Part shown: piece after piece, positions 1-8,822 of the stretch
How the letters are laid out: each line of letters opens with the position of its first letter
How positions within the stretch are numbered: the stretch's first letter is position 1
From: Myxococcales bacterium
GTDB lineage: Bacteria > Myxococcota_A > Polyangia > Polyangiales > DASUME01
NCBI GenBank assembly: GCA_047601445.1
Contig: JASGJH010000001.1
Location: 5,664,001 to 5,728,000 of the forward strand
Direction: 5' to 3'
Length of the DNA stretch: 64,000 nucleotides
Position numbers and translations under genes: made by a program
The notes under the pieces: model-generated
What the model was told of the DNA's origin: nothing
Databases searched by the model: none
Seen by the model: only the letters and a program-made list of their open reading frames with translations

Positions 1-1
1 C

Positions 2-1654
2 CTCGCCTGTCAGAGCGGCTTCGTGGACATGTTCCTGGACGAGGCGCGCATCGTGTCGTGTGTGCACCATCCGAACGTGTGCCGAGTGCTCGATTTCGGC
101 ACCGCCGAGGGCACCTACTACCTCGCGATGGAGTACGTATTCGGTGAGACCTGGGCCGCGCTCCAGGGGGCGCTGGCGGCGGACGACGCTGGACGCCAGG
201 CATTGCCGGCCATCAGCGCCTACGTGATCGCCCAGGCGGCCGAGGGGCTGCACGCGGCGCACGAAGCGGCGGACGATCAGGGCGAGTCGCTGCACATCGT
301 GCACCGCGACGTCTCCCCGCAGAACATCTTCGTGGCCTACGACGGCACCGTGCGCGTGCTCGACTTCGGCATCGCGCGCGCGGCCGACCGCATCACGACC
401 ACCCAGGCCGGCACCGTCAAAGGTCGCCTCGCGTACATGGCGCCCGAGCAAATGGAGGGCAAGCCCCTCGACCGGCGCGCCGACATCTGGTCGCTCGGCG
501 TGGTCTTGCGCGAGGCTCTGGAGAATCGCCGGCTTTTCCGCAAGATCTCCGACGCCGAGACCATGATGGCCGTGACCACCGATCCGATGCCCGCCTGGGT
601 CGGCTCATGCGCACCGAGGCTGCGTGAGATCGTGGATAAGACGCTCGAGCGGGAGATCGGTCAGCGCTACCTGACGGCTCACCACCTCAACGTGGACTTG
701 ATGCGCTTCGGTCGGGCTCAGGCGTCGCCGGTGGCGATGCCCGAGGTGTCCGCGTGGATGCACCGACTCTTCAAGGAGCGACTCGAGGAGAAGCGGGCGA
801 TGCTCCAGGAGCAGGCGCCCGAACCGCGCACCGGCAACACGGGCCCCGTCGCGCTGCCGTGGCGTGCGGCGCCTTCGAGCCAAGGCTTCACACCTTCGGG
901 CGGCACGGGCGAGCCACAGTCGCAGCCCTACTCTGCGTCATCCTCCACTCAGGCAGGCCCGCTCGACGAGGCCGAGCCCGCGGACGAACGCAAACGCAAC
1001 AACCTGGCCGCGGGCGCGTTGTTGTTCGCGCTGGTGGCAGGCGGCGCGGGCGCGGGCGTGTGGTACGCGCGGCGCTCGAGCGAAGGAGGATTCTCCGAAG
1101 CGCGCCTGGCCGTGACTCCCTCAGCTCAGGCCGCTAACCCGAGCGCCAACACGGGGGTCACCGCGCCGAGTGAAGCGCACCCGCTGCCATCGGCACCCGT
1201 GGTTACCGCACTGCCACCCCGTGAGGAAGTGCGAGAGGCGCCCAGCGAGGTGCCCATCGTGGCGCCGACCGCGAGCGCCCAGGCCGCCGAGGAACCGAGC
1301 GATGCGCTCGCCGAGGAGGCCAAGCCGCGGCAACGTCGTCGTGAGAAGACGGGCGAGGGCAAAGAGGGCGTCACCACGGCCCCGGTGCCTGCAGCGACCC
1401 CCACGCCCCCGCGCGTGGAAGCGAGCGCGCCCGTTGCCCCGGGAGCGACCGGCACCGTGGTAGTGGCCTACGTCGGCGGTTGGGCCGAGGTGTATCTCGG
1501 GAACAAGTTGCTCGGCACGACGCCCGGTCGCTTCACCGTGCCCGCCGGCAAACAGGTGCTGACCATCAAGCCGTTCGGCGCGGGGGATCCCGATCAGCGC
1601 ACGGTCGAGGTCCCCGCGGGCGGCACGTTCAAGCTCGCTATCTCACCGCACTGA
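2..1654 (+). CDS. Ser/Thr protein kinase (Hanks type) with TM helix and C-terminal PEGA-like domain; 5'-truncated by window edge
   Basis: HRDVSPQN, DFG, YMAPEQ and DIWSLG motifs; hydrophobic LAAGALLFALVAGGAGAGVWY segment; C-terminal WAEVYLG..LGTTP. The frame is open back to the window start. Confidence 0.92.
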   Translation, partial: LACQSGFVDMFLDEARIVSCVHHPNVCRVLDFGTAEGTYYLAMEYVFGETWAALQGALAADDAGRQALPAISAYVIAQAAEGLHAAHEAADDQGESLHIVHRDVSPQNIFVAYDGTVRVLDFGIARAADRITTTQAGTVKGRLAYMAPEQMEGKPLDRRADIWSLGVVLREALENRRLFRKISDAETMMAVTTDPMPAWVGSCAPRLREIVDKTLEREIGQRYLTAHHLNVDLMRFGRAQASPVAMPEVSAWMHRLFKERLEEKRAMLQEQAPEPRTGNTGPVALPWRAAPSSQGFTPSGGTGEPQSQPYSASSSTQAGPLDEAEPADERKRNNLAAGALLFALVAGGAGAGVWYARRSSEGGFSEARLAVTPSAQAANPSANTGVTAPSEAHPLPSAPVVTALPPREEVREAPSEVPIVAPTASAQAAEEPSDALAEEAKPRQRRREKTGEGKEGVTTAPVPAATPTPPRVEASAPVAPGATGTVVVAYVGGWAEVYLGNKLLGTTPGRFTVPAGKQVLTIKPFGAGDPDQRTVEVPAGGTFKLAISPH

Positions 1655-1739
1655 CGCGCCCGTTCGACGCTTACGGTTAAGCCCGTGGACAAGGGTTTCG
1701 ACAGGGGTAAGAGCCCTGCCGAAACAGGATGGTCCCCGG

Positions 1740-3746
1740 ATGACGCTGCGGTCGACACATGTGCTTCGTTCCTGTCTGCTCGGCCTGATCCTCCTGGCGG
1801 TGGGTGGTTGCGGAGATTCCACTCCCCAGGACGGCGACGACCTCGGGCCGGACGCGGGCGGTAATCCTCCCGCGTCCGACGCCGGCGCGAACCCCAGGGG
1901 CGATGCGACCGTCGACCCATCCGGCGATGCGTCTCTCGCCAACGATGGGGCGACCCCGGCCCATGATGCTGCGGCCCAGCCAGCCGATGGCAGCAACGCC
2001 GCAACCACTCCGTCGACCTACGAGCTCCGCGTCGCAAAGTCCGGAACGGGCGCCAGGTACGGAAGCGTGAGCTCCAACATCACGGGCATCGATTGCGGCC
2101 CGGATTGCAGCGGGCTTTACCCGCCGGATAGCAAGGTCGTGCTGAGCGCGGCGATCGACCCCGTGGCGGGCACGTTCGTGGGGTGGAGCGGCGCGGACTG
2201 CGCGGGCACGGGGCCCTGCGAGGTGACCATCGCCCAGGCCATGGAAGTCACGGCCGAATTCCACCTCGTCTCGTATTCGCTGACGGTCTCGCGATCGGGC
2301 CTCGGCTCGGGCAGCGTCAGCGCCACGGGGATCGACTGCGGGAACGACTGCAGCGAGACGTTTCCTTACGGGTCCGTGGTCAGTTTGACCGCAAAACCGG
2401 GCACCTATTCGGCGCTGAAGCAGTGGTCGGGTGGTGGCTGCTCCGGGCATGCGGCTTGTCAGGTCACCATCACAGAAGCGACCCAGATCCACGCCGAGTT
2501 CGAGATCCCCAAGTACACGCTCACCGTGTCGAAGAGCGGCACGGGTTACGGAAGCGTGAGCGGCCCGGGCGGACTGAGCTGCGGCGCCACCTGCGCGCGC
2601 GACTACACCGCGGGGGAGAACATCGTCCTCACAGCTCAAGCGTCGACCAACCCAGCCAGCGACGACTCGACGTTCATCGGCTGGTCTGGCGCGGGTTGCT
2701 CGGGTACGGGCACGTGCTCGGTGAAGTTGAGCGCCGCGACCACGGTGTCGGCCATCTTCGCGCTCAAGCCGAACATCGCCTTCGTGACCTCCACCACCCA
2801 GAACGGCAAGCTCGGCGGGCTCGATGGTGCCGACGCCCTATGTCAGCAGCGCGCCAAAGAGGGCAACCTGGCGGGCACCTACAAGGCCTGGCTGTCGAGC
2901 TCCACGACGAATGCCATCGACCGCATCGGCAACGCGAGCGGCTGGGTGCGGCCGGATGGTCGACCGGTGGCGAGCACGCAGCAAAGCCTGGTCTACGGCA
3001 AGCTCTACTACCCGATCCGGCTCGACGAACAGGGCGTCGACCGCGGAGGCGTCGGTGTGTTTACCGCGACCACGATGGGCGGCGAAAACTGGGGCAACAC
3101 CTGCACCGACTGGACCGCCAATGGCAGCAGCCAGGTAACCATGGGCCGCAGCGATTCTGCGGGCATCATGTTCACCGACTTTGGGATTGGGCCCTGCAGC
3201 TTGCTGCAGGGGTTGATTTGCCTGGGCGTCGACCGCGCGGCCGAGGTGGTGGCACCCGCCGCCCAGGCCGGCATGCGCAAGGCATTCGTCACCGCCCAAC
3301 ACTGGACTCCTGCAGGCGGATTGAGCGCAGCGGATGCTTTCTGCAACGAGCAGGCCGCCCCGCTGGAAGGGAACTTCAAGGCTTTGCTGGCCACCACCAC
3401 CAGCAGCGCAGCATCGCGCTTCACCGGAAGCAGTGGCTGGAGTCGCGCGGACAACGTTCCACTCGCGGCGACCGCCGAGGAGTTCATGAGTGCGGACTAC
3501 TGGGACGCGCCGCTCAACCTCCCACCCGAGCAGGCCTACCAGATGGGCAACAACGGCGTGTGGAGCGGAGCCGCCACGCTCGACGCCGTCGGCACCACCG
3601 CCACCACGTGCAACAACTGGACGAGCAGTGCGGGCACCGGGAGCACCGGTATGGCCGGGAGCAGCGAGGTCGACCTCGCGCGCAACTTCCCCGGCACGTC
3701 GAACTGCAACGTAACCTACATCTACCTGTTCTGCCTCGAAGACTGA
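1740..3746 (+). CDS. Lipoprotein with 3 divergent InlB B-repeat-like domains and 2 DUF1554/endostatin-like domains
   Basis: Lipobox VGGC; repeats L.V.KSGTG.GSV...GIDCG..C...F.GWSG..C.GTG.C.V; twice FVT...GGL..ADA.C...A...KA.L. Confidence 0.8.
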   Translation: MTLRSTHVLRSCLLGLILLAVGGCGDSTPQDGDDLGPDAGGNPPASDAGANPRGDATVDPSGDASLANDGATPAHDAAAQPADGSNAATTPSTYELRVAKSGTGARYGSVSSNITGIDCGPDCSGLYPPDSKVVLSAAIDPVAGTFVGWSGADCAGTGPCEVTIAQAMEVTAEFHLVSYSLTVSRSGLGSGSVSATGIDCGNDCSETFPYGSVVSLTAKPGTYSALKQWSGGGCSGHAACQVTITEATQIHAEFEIPKYTLTVSKSGTGYGSVSGPGGLSCGATCARDYTAGENIVLTAQASTNPASDDSTFIGWSGAGCSGTGTCSVKLSAATTVSAIFALKPNIAFVTSTTQNGKLGGLDGADALCQQRAKEGNLAGTYKAWLSSSTTNAIDRIGNASGWVRPDGRPVASTQQSLVYGKLYYPIRLDEQGVDRGGVGVFTATTMGGENWGNTCTDWTANGSSQVTMGRSDSAGIMFTDFGIGPCSLLQGLICLGVDRAAEVVAPAAQAGMRKAFVTAQHWTPAGGLSAADAFCNEQAAPLEGNFKALLATTTSSAASRFTGSSGWSRADNVPLAATAEEFMSADYWDAPLNLPPEQAYQMGNNGVWSGAATLDAVGTTATTCNNWTSSAGTGSTGMAGSSEVDLARNFPGTSNCNVTYIYLFCLED

Positions 3747-3851
3747 CCTGAGTCGCTCCCCGAGCAGACTTTCTGCCCACGGCTTCACCCGGCACTCCAC
3801 TTGAGGTGACGTCGCTGGCCCGCGGGTCGGGCGCGAAATAAATCAGCGCCC

Positions 3852-5723
3852 ATGCAACGCATCGGTACGCGCGCACTTTGGGTGGTGGTCCTTACGGGCT
3901 GTGTCAACGACTGGAGCATGCCGCTAGAGGGCGATAGCGGCGCTCCGCACGAGCCCAGGCAGGATGGCTCATCCGACATGCAGCCGAACCCGGTCTCTGG
4001 AGACTCCGGCACAGTCTGCGACGCGAACTGCGGCGGGGGGCCGCGTTGCGGCGACGGGATTGTGCAGGATGGGGAAGCCTGTGACGGCGCGGGAGAGCGT
4101 GCCGAGTGCAACTTCAACTGCACGATCGCTTCCTGCGGCGACGGCGTCGCCAACCATGCGGCAGGCGAAGACTGCGACAGCGCCGGCCAGACCGCGCAGT
4201 GCGAGAGCAACTGCAAGAGCGCCGTGTGCGGCGACGGAGTCCTCAACCTCGCGGCAGGCGAAGAATGTGACGACGGCAAAGACGGCGACGATCTCGATGG
4301 CTGCACCGACACGTGCAAGGTGTCGTGCTCCGCGCAGCGAGAGTGCCCGGCCGGCTCGGAGTGCGTGGCGCCCGTCTGCCGCCCGTTCGTGCTCGACACG
4401 CCTCAGGAGATCTCGGCGCAAATCCCCATCACGCAAACGCGCAATGAGCGACCGGCGCTCGCGATGGACGGCCTCGGGAATGCGCTCGTTATCTACTCAC
4501 CGGAGGAGGCAGGAAAACCTCCGGCGCTCGAGCAGATTTGGTACAAGTCTGGGACCGGATGGGCGAGTCACACCCCGTTCCTGCCCAACGAAAATGGCGC
4601 GAACGTCGACTATGGCCTGCTGACACGCCTCGCCAGCGACGGAAAGGGCGGGATGATGGCGGTCTGGCACCAAGGCTCCCAGACTCTCCCGGCGACCCTG
4701 ATGGGACGACGCGGCACGGTGGCGGGCTTTGCCGATGCCTTCGACATCCTCGCGCAGCAGCCCGATCGCCTGCCGTACGGCTATCGCTCAGCCCAGGTGG
4801 CGCTCGACGGCGACGGCAATGCCTGCCTTGCCTGGCCCGTCGATGAGGCCAACTCGAAGTACTACTACTCCGCGTCGTGCCCTGCGGGATCCACGAGCTG
4901 CTGGGGCCAGGTCGGCGCCACGGTGAACAGTCTCTGGTCTTCGATGCAGGTCGCCTGTCATGGCAACAACCGCACGATGCTCGCGTACCTGGACAACAAT
5001 GCCGACGATACGCGGCAGGAATTTCACGTCGCCTACGATCACGACGCGAGCTGGTCGAACGACCTGCTCCTCGACGACGTCGGAATGGGGATGGGATCGC
5101 TCAACGGCGACGTACCGAGCGCCGTGGTGGTGGATGCGCTCGGACGTACGACCGTGATCAGCGTGTCGGGTGACTACCCGAACACGGCCATCAAGCTCAC
5201 TGCAAACACCTGCACGGACGGCTTCGGAACGTGTACCTGGACGGCGAAAAACGACTTCCCCGTGAGCCGCAAGGATGGGACCTTCATCGCGTCGCTGACC
5301 GGTCAGCCGAATGGCCGGCTATTCCTGGTGTACGCGGACAGCGAGTTGCAGGGGCAAACCTTGCTCAGCGACTACCGCGTGGCGACGCGTGGACCCAACG
5401 CTGCGGACTGGGAGATCGTCGACGAGCTCGCCGCCAAGGACATCGTCATCACGGGTGATGACGCGATGGTGAGCGGCAGCGATGCGTCCGGCAACGCGCT
5501 GATCGCGTGGACGGAGAAGGACGGAACCATGAACCGGCTCTTCTACAGCCACTACGTCGCGGGCCAGGGCTTCAAGGCCAAGCGCGAACAACTCGCCGTG
5601 TCGGCCGCAGGCCACGTCCTCAAACAACTCGCCCTGTCGATGCAAAACGACGGACACGCCGTCCTCACCTGGGTCGACGAGAGCGCCGACGCCTTCAAGA
5701 TTTGGGCGGCAGTCCTGCACTAG
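3852..5723 (+). CDS. Lipoprotein with myxobacterial Cys-rich repeats (DUF4215-like) and a beta-rich C-terminal domain
   Basis: Lipobox LTGC; three CGDG...E.CD repeats; C-terminal LAMDGLGNA/VALDGDGNA/SDASGNALIAW blade-like motifs. Confidence 0.8.
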   Translation: MQRIGTRALWVVVLTGCVNDWSMPLEGDSGAPHEPRQDGSSDMQPNPVSGDSGTVCDANCGGGPRCGDGIVQDGEACDGAGERAECNFNCTIASCGDGVANHAAGEDCDSAGQTAQCESNCKSAVCGDGVLNLAAGEECDDGKDGDDLDGCTDTCKVSCSAQRECPAGSECVAPVCRPFVLDTPQEISAQIPITQTRNERPALAMDGLGNALVIYSPEEAGKPPALEQIWYKSGTGWASHTPFLPNENGANVDYGLLTRLASDGKGGMMAVWHQGSQTLPATLMGRRGTVAGFADAFDILAQQPDRLPYGYRSAQVALDGDGNACLAWPVDEANSKYYYSASCPAGSTSCWGQVGATVNSLWSSMQVACHGNNRTMLAYLDNNADDTRQEFHVAYDHDASWSNDLLLDDVGMGMGSLNGDVPSAVVVDALGRTTVISVSGDYPNTAIKLTANTCTDGFGTCTWTAKNDFPVSRKDGTFIASLTGQPNGRLFLVYADSELQGQTLLSDYRVATRGPNAADWEIVDELAAKDIVITGDDAMVSGSDASGNALIAWTEKDGTMNRLFYSHYVAGQGFKAKREQLAVSAAGHVLKQLALSMQNDGHAVLTWVDESADAFKIWAAVLH

Positions 5724-5744
5724 GCGGGACGAACCGGAGGCGGT

Positions 5745-5895
5745 TCCGTGGCGGAGACTTCGCGGTGGCGGAGGCCGTGGCGGAGACTGTCGCAGTGACC
5801 GTGGCGATGACTGTCGCCGTGGCAGTCCGCACTGGCCGTGGCAGTCACCGGAAGCCGTGGCCGTCGCCGTCGCCGTGGCAGTCCGCACTGGTGGC
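5745..5895. repeat. Degenerate GCCGTGGC/GTGGCG tandem repeat (left arm of an inverted pair)
   Basis: Many CCGTGGC(G/A/C) units; CCGTGGCAGTCCGCACTGG occurs twice. Confidence 0.7.
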
Positions 5896-6129
5896 AGCGG
5901 GGACCGGTGCTGGTCGGTCCCGCCTTTCATTGAGAAGGAGGGCTCCGCGGCGTGTCTGCACGCGGACTGTGCTGGCGAACGAGCTCGCCGCGAGGGGCAT
6001 TTGATCGCCGCGCGGCTATCCGTACCTCATGTCTTCCTCGCGCCCACAGGGTCCATGAGCAACCGGGGACATGGGTAACGTTTTAGACCGAGCACATAGG
6101 TGACACTTTCAGCAGGAGGCTCGGACTAG

Positions 6130-6238
6130 TTCCCGCCACGGCACTCCGCCACGGCCACAGTTTCCGCCACGGCCACAGGCTCCGCCTCCGTCACAGCCTC
6201 CGCCACGGCCACGGCCACAGCCTCCGCCACAGCCGCTG
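6130..6238. repeat. Degenerate CCGCCACGGCCACAG tandem repeat (right arm, inverted relative to 5745-5895)
   Basis: Repeated CCGCCACGGC units, the reverse complement of the left-arm units. Confidence 0.7.
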
Positions 6239-6260
6239 GCCTTCGTCTCCGCGCGCGTTC

Positions 6261-8645
6261 TTATTGCTGCAGGCAGAAGAGGGGCATGGCCCATGCTGGG
6301 TCGCAGGATCCCGCTCCGTCCTTGAACACGTACGTGCTCTTGTACGTGGCGGTGCCGTGCTCGCCGTTGAACGCCGAGGTGGCGGTCGTCCAGTTGTTGC
6401 AGTTGTCGGTCGCGGTGCCGACCCAGGGCATCGAGTCGGCCAGCCACTGCTTGGCCGCGCCGATGTTCAAGCCGGTCTTCAAGACGAGCTGGTTGTCGGC
6501 CGTCACGGTGCCGAGCTGGGCAGCCTCCATCCAGAGCACGCCGTCGGTTCTGTAGTAGTTGCTACCGGTCGCGCTGAAACGCGAGGCAGCAGTGTTGGTG
6601 CTGGTCGCCAGGAATGCCTTGAAGATGCGGCTCGTGCCCGGGTTGGAGGCGCAGTTGGCCGAGCCCGTGAGGCCCGCAGAGCAGGCTTCGTTCTGGCAGA
6701 TCTTGTCGGCCGCCGCGAGTCCCCCGCCCGCCGTCCAGAGGGTGGTCGTGGTGAACGCCAAACGTCCGGTGGGTGCGGCAATCGCCGGCAGAGCTGCGTT
6801 CTCACCGATGCTGAAGCAGTAGTAGGGCCACGGGTCATTGCAGGGGTGGGTGAACACGTACTCGGCCGAATCGCCCACGGACTCCGGCGAGCCCCACGTG
6901 GCGTTACCGCTGCTGGAGGTCCAATCCACGCAGGTGCTGCCCGCCTTGACCTCGCCGCCAGCGCAACCGGTGATCGCCACCGTCGTGTGCCAGTCGGTGT
7001 CGTTGTAATAGACCGGGTGCAGCCAGCGGCGATTCTTGAGGTCAGCCTGCGTGTCCGCAATGGGCTCGCCCTGCAGATTCACCCAACCGCGCGATGAGCC
7101 CATGCGCTGCGTCGGATGACATGAGCCCGAGGCTTGCCCTGGACACGGTGCTTCCGTTCCGAGGTAGGCAATCCACTGAGTCGGGTGCAGCCCCGCCACG
7201 CCCGCGAGGCGCTTGCACTCGTTGTCCGCCGCGGTGATGCCACCTGCCGGTACCTCCGTGGAGGCGACGAAGGCCAGGTTGTGGGCAAAGTTGATGTTCG
7301 CAGTGAGGCTGACGTCCGAGGTCACCGTGAAGGAGCAGCTGTTGCCCGTGCAACCAGCGCGCGACCAACTCGCGACCTTCGAATACGGCTTCGCCTGCCC
7401 GGTTACGGTGAGCGAGGTACCGCTGAACACCTTGCGCACGCAGCTGACGTCACAAGCCGCCAGCCCATTATTGAAGGAGACCCCGCCCTGGCCGTCTCCC
7501 TGCAAGGTGATGGTCACCGTGTACTGCCGTGCGCACGCGCCGCTGCCGTTGAGCGCGTAGCCGGTGTCGCACGCTGTGCAGTCGGAGCCCGCGTAGCCAG
7601 GCGCACAAGCGCAGCGGTTGCCCGTACGCGAGCAGGTTCCGCCGTTCTTGCAGGGATTGGGGTTACACACGTCGTTGACGCAGTCCTGTCCGGAGAAACC
7701 GGGCGCACAGTTGCAGCTGTAGTTGTTGATGCCGTCCACGCAGGTTCCCCCGGGCGGCAAGCAGCTGGCCGCGGGGCAATCGTTGTGATTGGCGCAGGCC
7801 TGGGTACCCGTGCCGTCGTAACCGTTTCCGCACTGGCAGTACCAGTTGGCTTGGTCGACGCAGACACCGCCGGGCGCACAGGCGTCTTCCGGGCAATACA
7901 CCACCGGCGTGCACGCGTGGGTCCCAGTCCCCGTGTACCCATCGGGACAGTCGCAGGCGTAGTCGCCGACCTGATCCACGCAGGTCCCGTGTTCGCACGC
8001 GTTCGCAGGACAATCGTCGGGGTTGATGCAGACGCCCTGTCCGTCGTTCATGTAGCCCGCGTCGCAGAAGCAGGATGAGCCCTTGGCGCTCTCGCAGTGA
8101 GCGTGCTCCGGACAACTAGCCACTTCCACGGTCACCAGGTCGATGCCGCAACCAGCCCGCGACAGGCCGTCGCAGACGGGCCCGGGGTTGCGCCCCAGGC
8201 ACAACTTGGGCACGTCGACGCAGCTACCCTGACTCGTGCCGCGGCGTGCGTCGCAGCGCTGCTCCTCGGGACACATCTCGGCAGGCTGCCAAGTTCCGCC
8301 CTGACAGATCAGGGGCTGACGCGAAGCGTGGCCATCGCACGAGCGGCTGAGCTCGGGTTCCCCGTCGCAACCGTCTCCCACGACGGCCAGGATGAAGAGC
8401 GCCGGATCGGGCGCCGCTCCGCCATCGGGGTCTACCGTGAGTGGGTCGCCCCCGTCGTCGGTGGGACCGCCGTCCGTGTTGGCCGGATGCATGGAGCCCG
8501 AATCGAGAACATGCCCATGGTCCCCGGCATCCGCTCCTGTCGCGTCGTGCGCGGGCGGCTTCGACCAGTCCAACGAACACCCGGAAAGCACCAGCAAAAG
8601 GAGCCCAAGACGAGTCAGCGCCACACTTCTCACGTCGACGAACAT
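6261..8645 (-). CDS. Lipoprotein with EGF-like repeats, an InlB B-repeat-like domain and 2 DUF1554-like domains
   Basis: ATG at 8645 precedes signal RLGLLLLVLSGC; EGF patterns C.HGTC.D..Y.C.C..GY.G and CNPNPCKNGGTC; the C-terminal domains resemble those of 1740-3746. Confidence 0.8.
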   Translation of the reverse strand: MFVDVRSVALTRLGLLLLVLSGCSLDWSKPPAHDATGADAGDHGHVLDSGSMHPANTDGGPTDDGGDPLTVDPDGGAAPDPALFILAVVGDGCDGEPELSRSCDGHASRQPLICQGGTWQPAEMCPEEQRCDARRGTSQGSCVDVPKLCLGRNPGPVCDGLSRAGCGIDLVTVEVASCPEHAHCESAKGSSCFCDAGYMNDGQGVCINPDDCPANACEHGTCVDQVGDYACDCPDGYTGTGTHACTPVVYCPEDACAPGGVCVDQANWYCQCGNGYDGTGTQACANHNDCPAASCLPPGGTCVDGINNYSCNCAPGFSGQDCVNDVCNPNPCKNGGTCSRTGNRCACAPGYAGSDCTACDTGYALNGSGACARQYTVTITLQGDGQGGVSFNNGLAACDVSCVRKVFSGTSLTVTGQAKPYSKVASWSRAGCTGNSCSFTVTSDVSLTANINFAHNLAFVASTEVPAGGITAADNECKRLAGVAGLHPTQWIAYLGTEAPCPGQASGSCHPTQRMGSSRGWVNLQGEPIADTQADLKNRRWLHPVYYNDTDWHTTVAITGCAGGEVKAGSTCVDWTSSSGNATWGSPESVGDSAEYVFTHPCNDPWPYYCFSIGENAALPAIAAPTGRLAFTTTTLWTAGGGLAAADKICQNEACSAGLTGSANCASNPGTSRIFKAFLATSTNTAASRFSATGSNYYRTDGVLWMEAAQLGTVTADNQLVLKTGLNIGAAKQWLADSMPWVGTATDNCNNWTTATSAFNGEHGTATYKSTYVFKDGAGSCDPAWAMPLFCLQQ

Positions 8646-8793
8646 GCGCTGCCTCTGTCCGTGCCGAGAGATCGGGTCAAGTTGGCATCCCCCCAACTCA
8701 CCCCTAGATGGGCTGAGCGTGGAGGGCGTCCGACGGCCCGCGGTGTGAAAGCTCACACAAGGTCGCGACCCGAGCGCACCACCCGCGACGAGA

Positions 8794-8811
8794 GGAGGTC
8801 TCGTGACCTCC
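8794..8811. repeat. Single REP-like palindrome GGAGGTC-TCGT-GACCTCC
   Basis: Same palindrome family as 28529-28595 and the 107-bp array; lies just past the stop of the C-type lectin gene. Confidence 0.6.
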
Positions 8812-8822
8812 CGTCAATCCCC

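Noticed and set aside
1690..1725. tmRNA-like 5' motif GGTTTCGACAGGGG
   Set aside because: It lacks the GGGG acceptor start and any 3' TpsiC/CCA partner; it is only a local hairpin before the next gene
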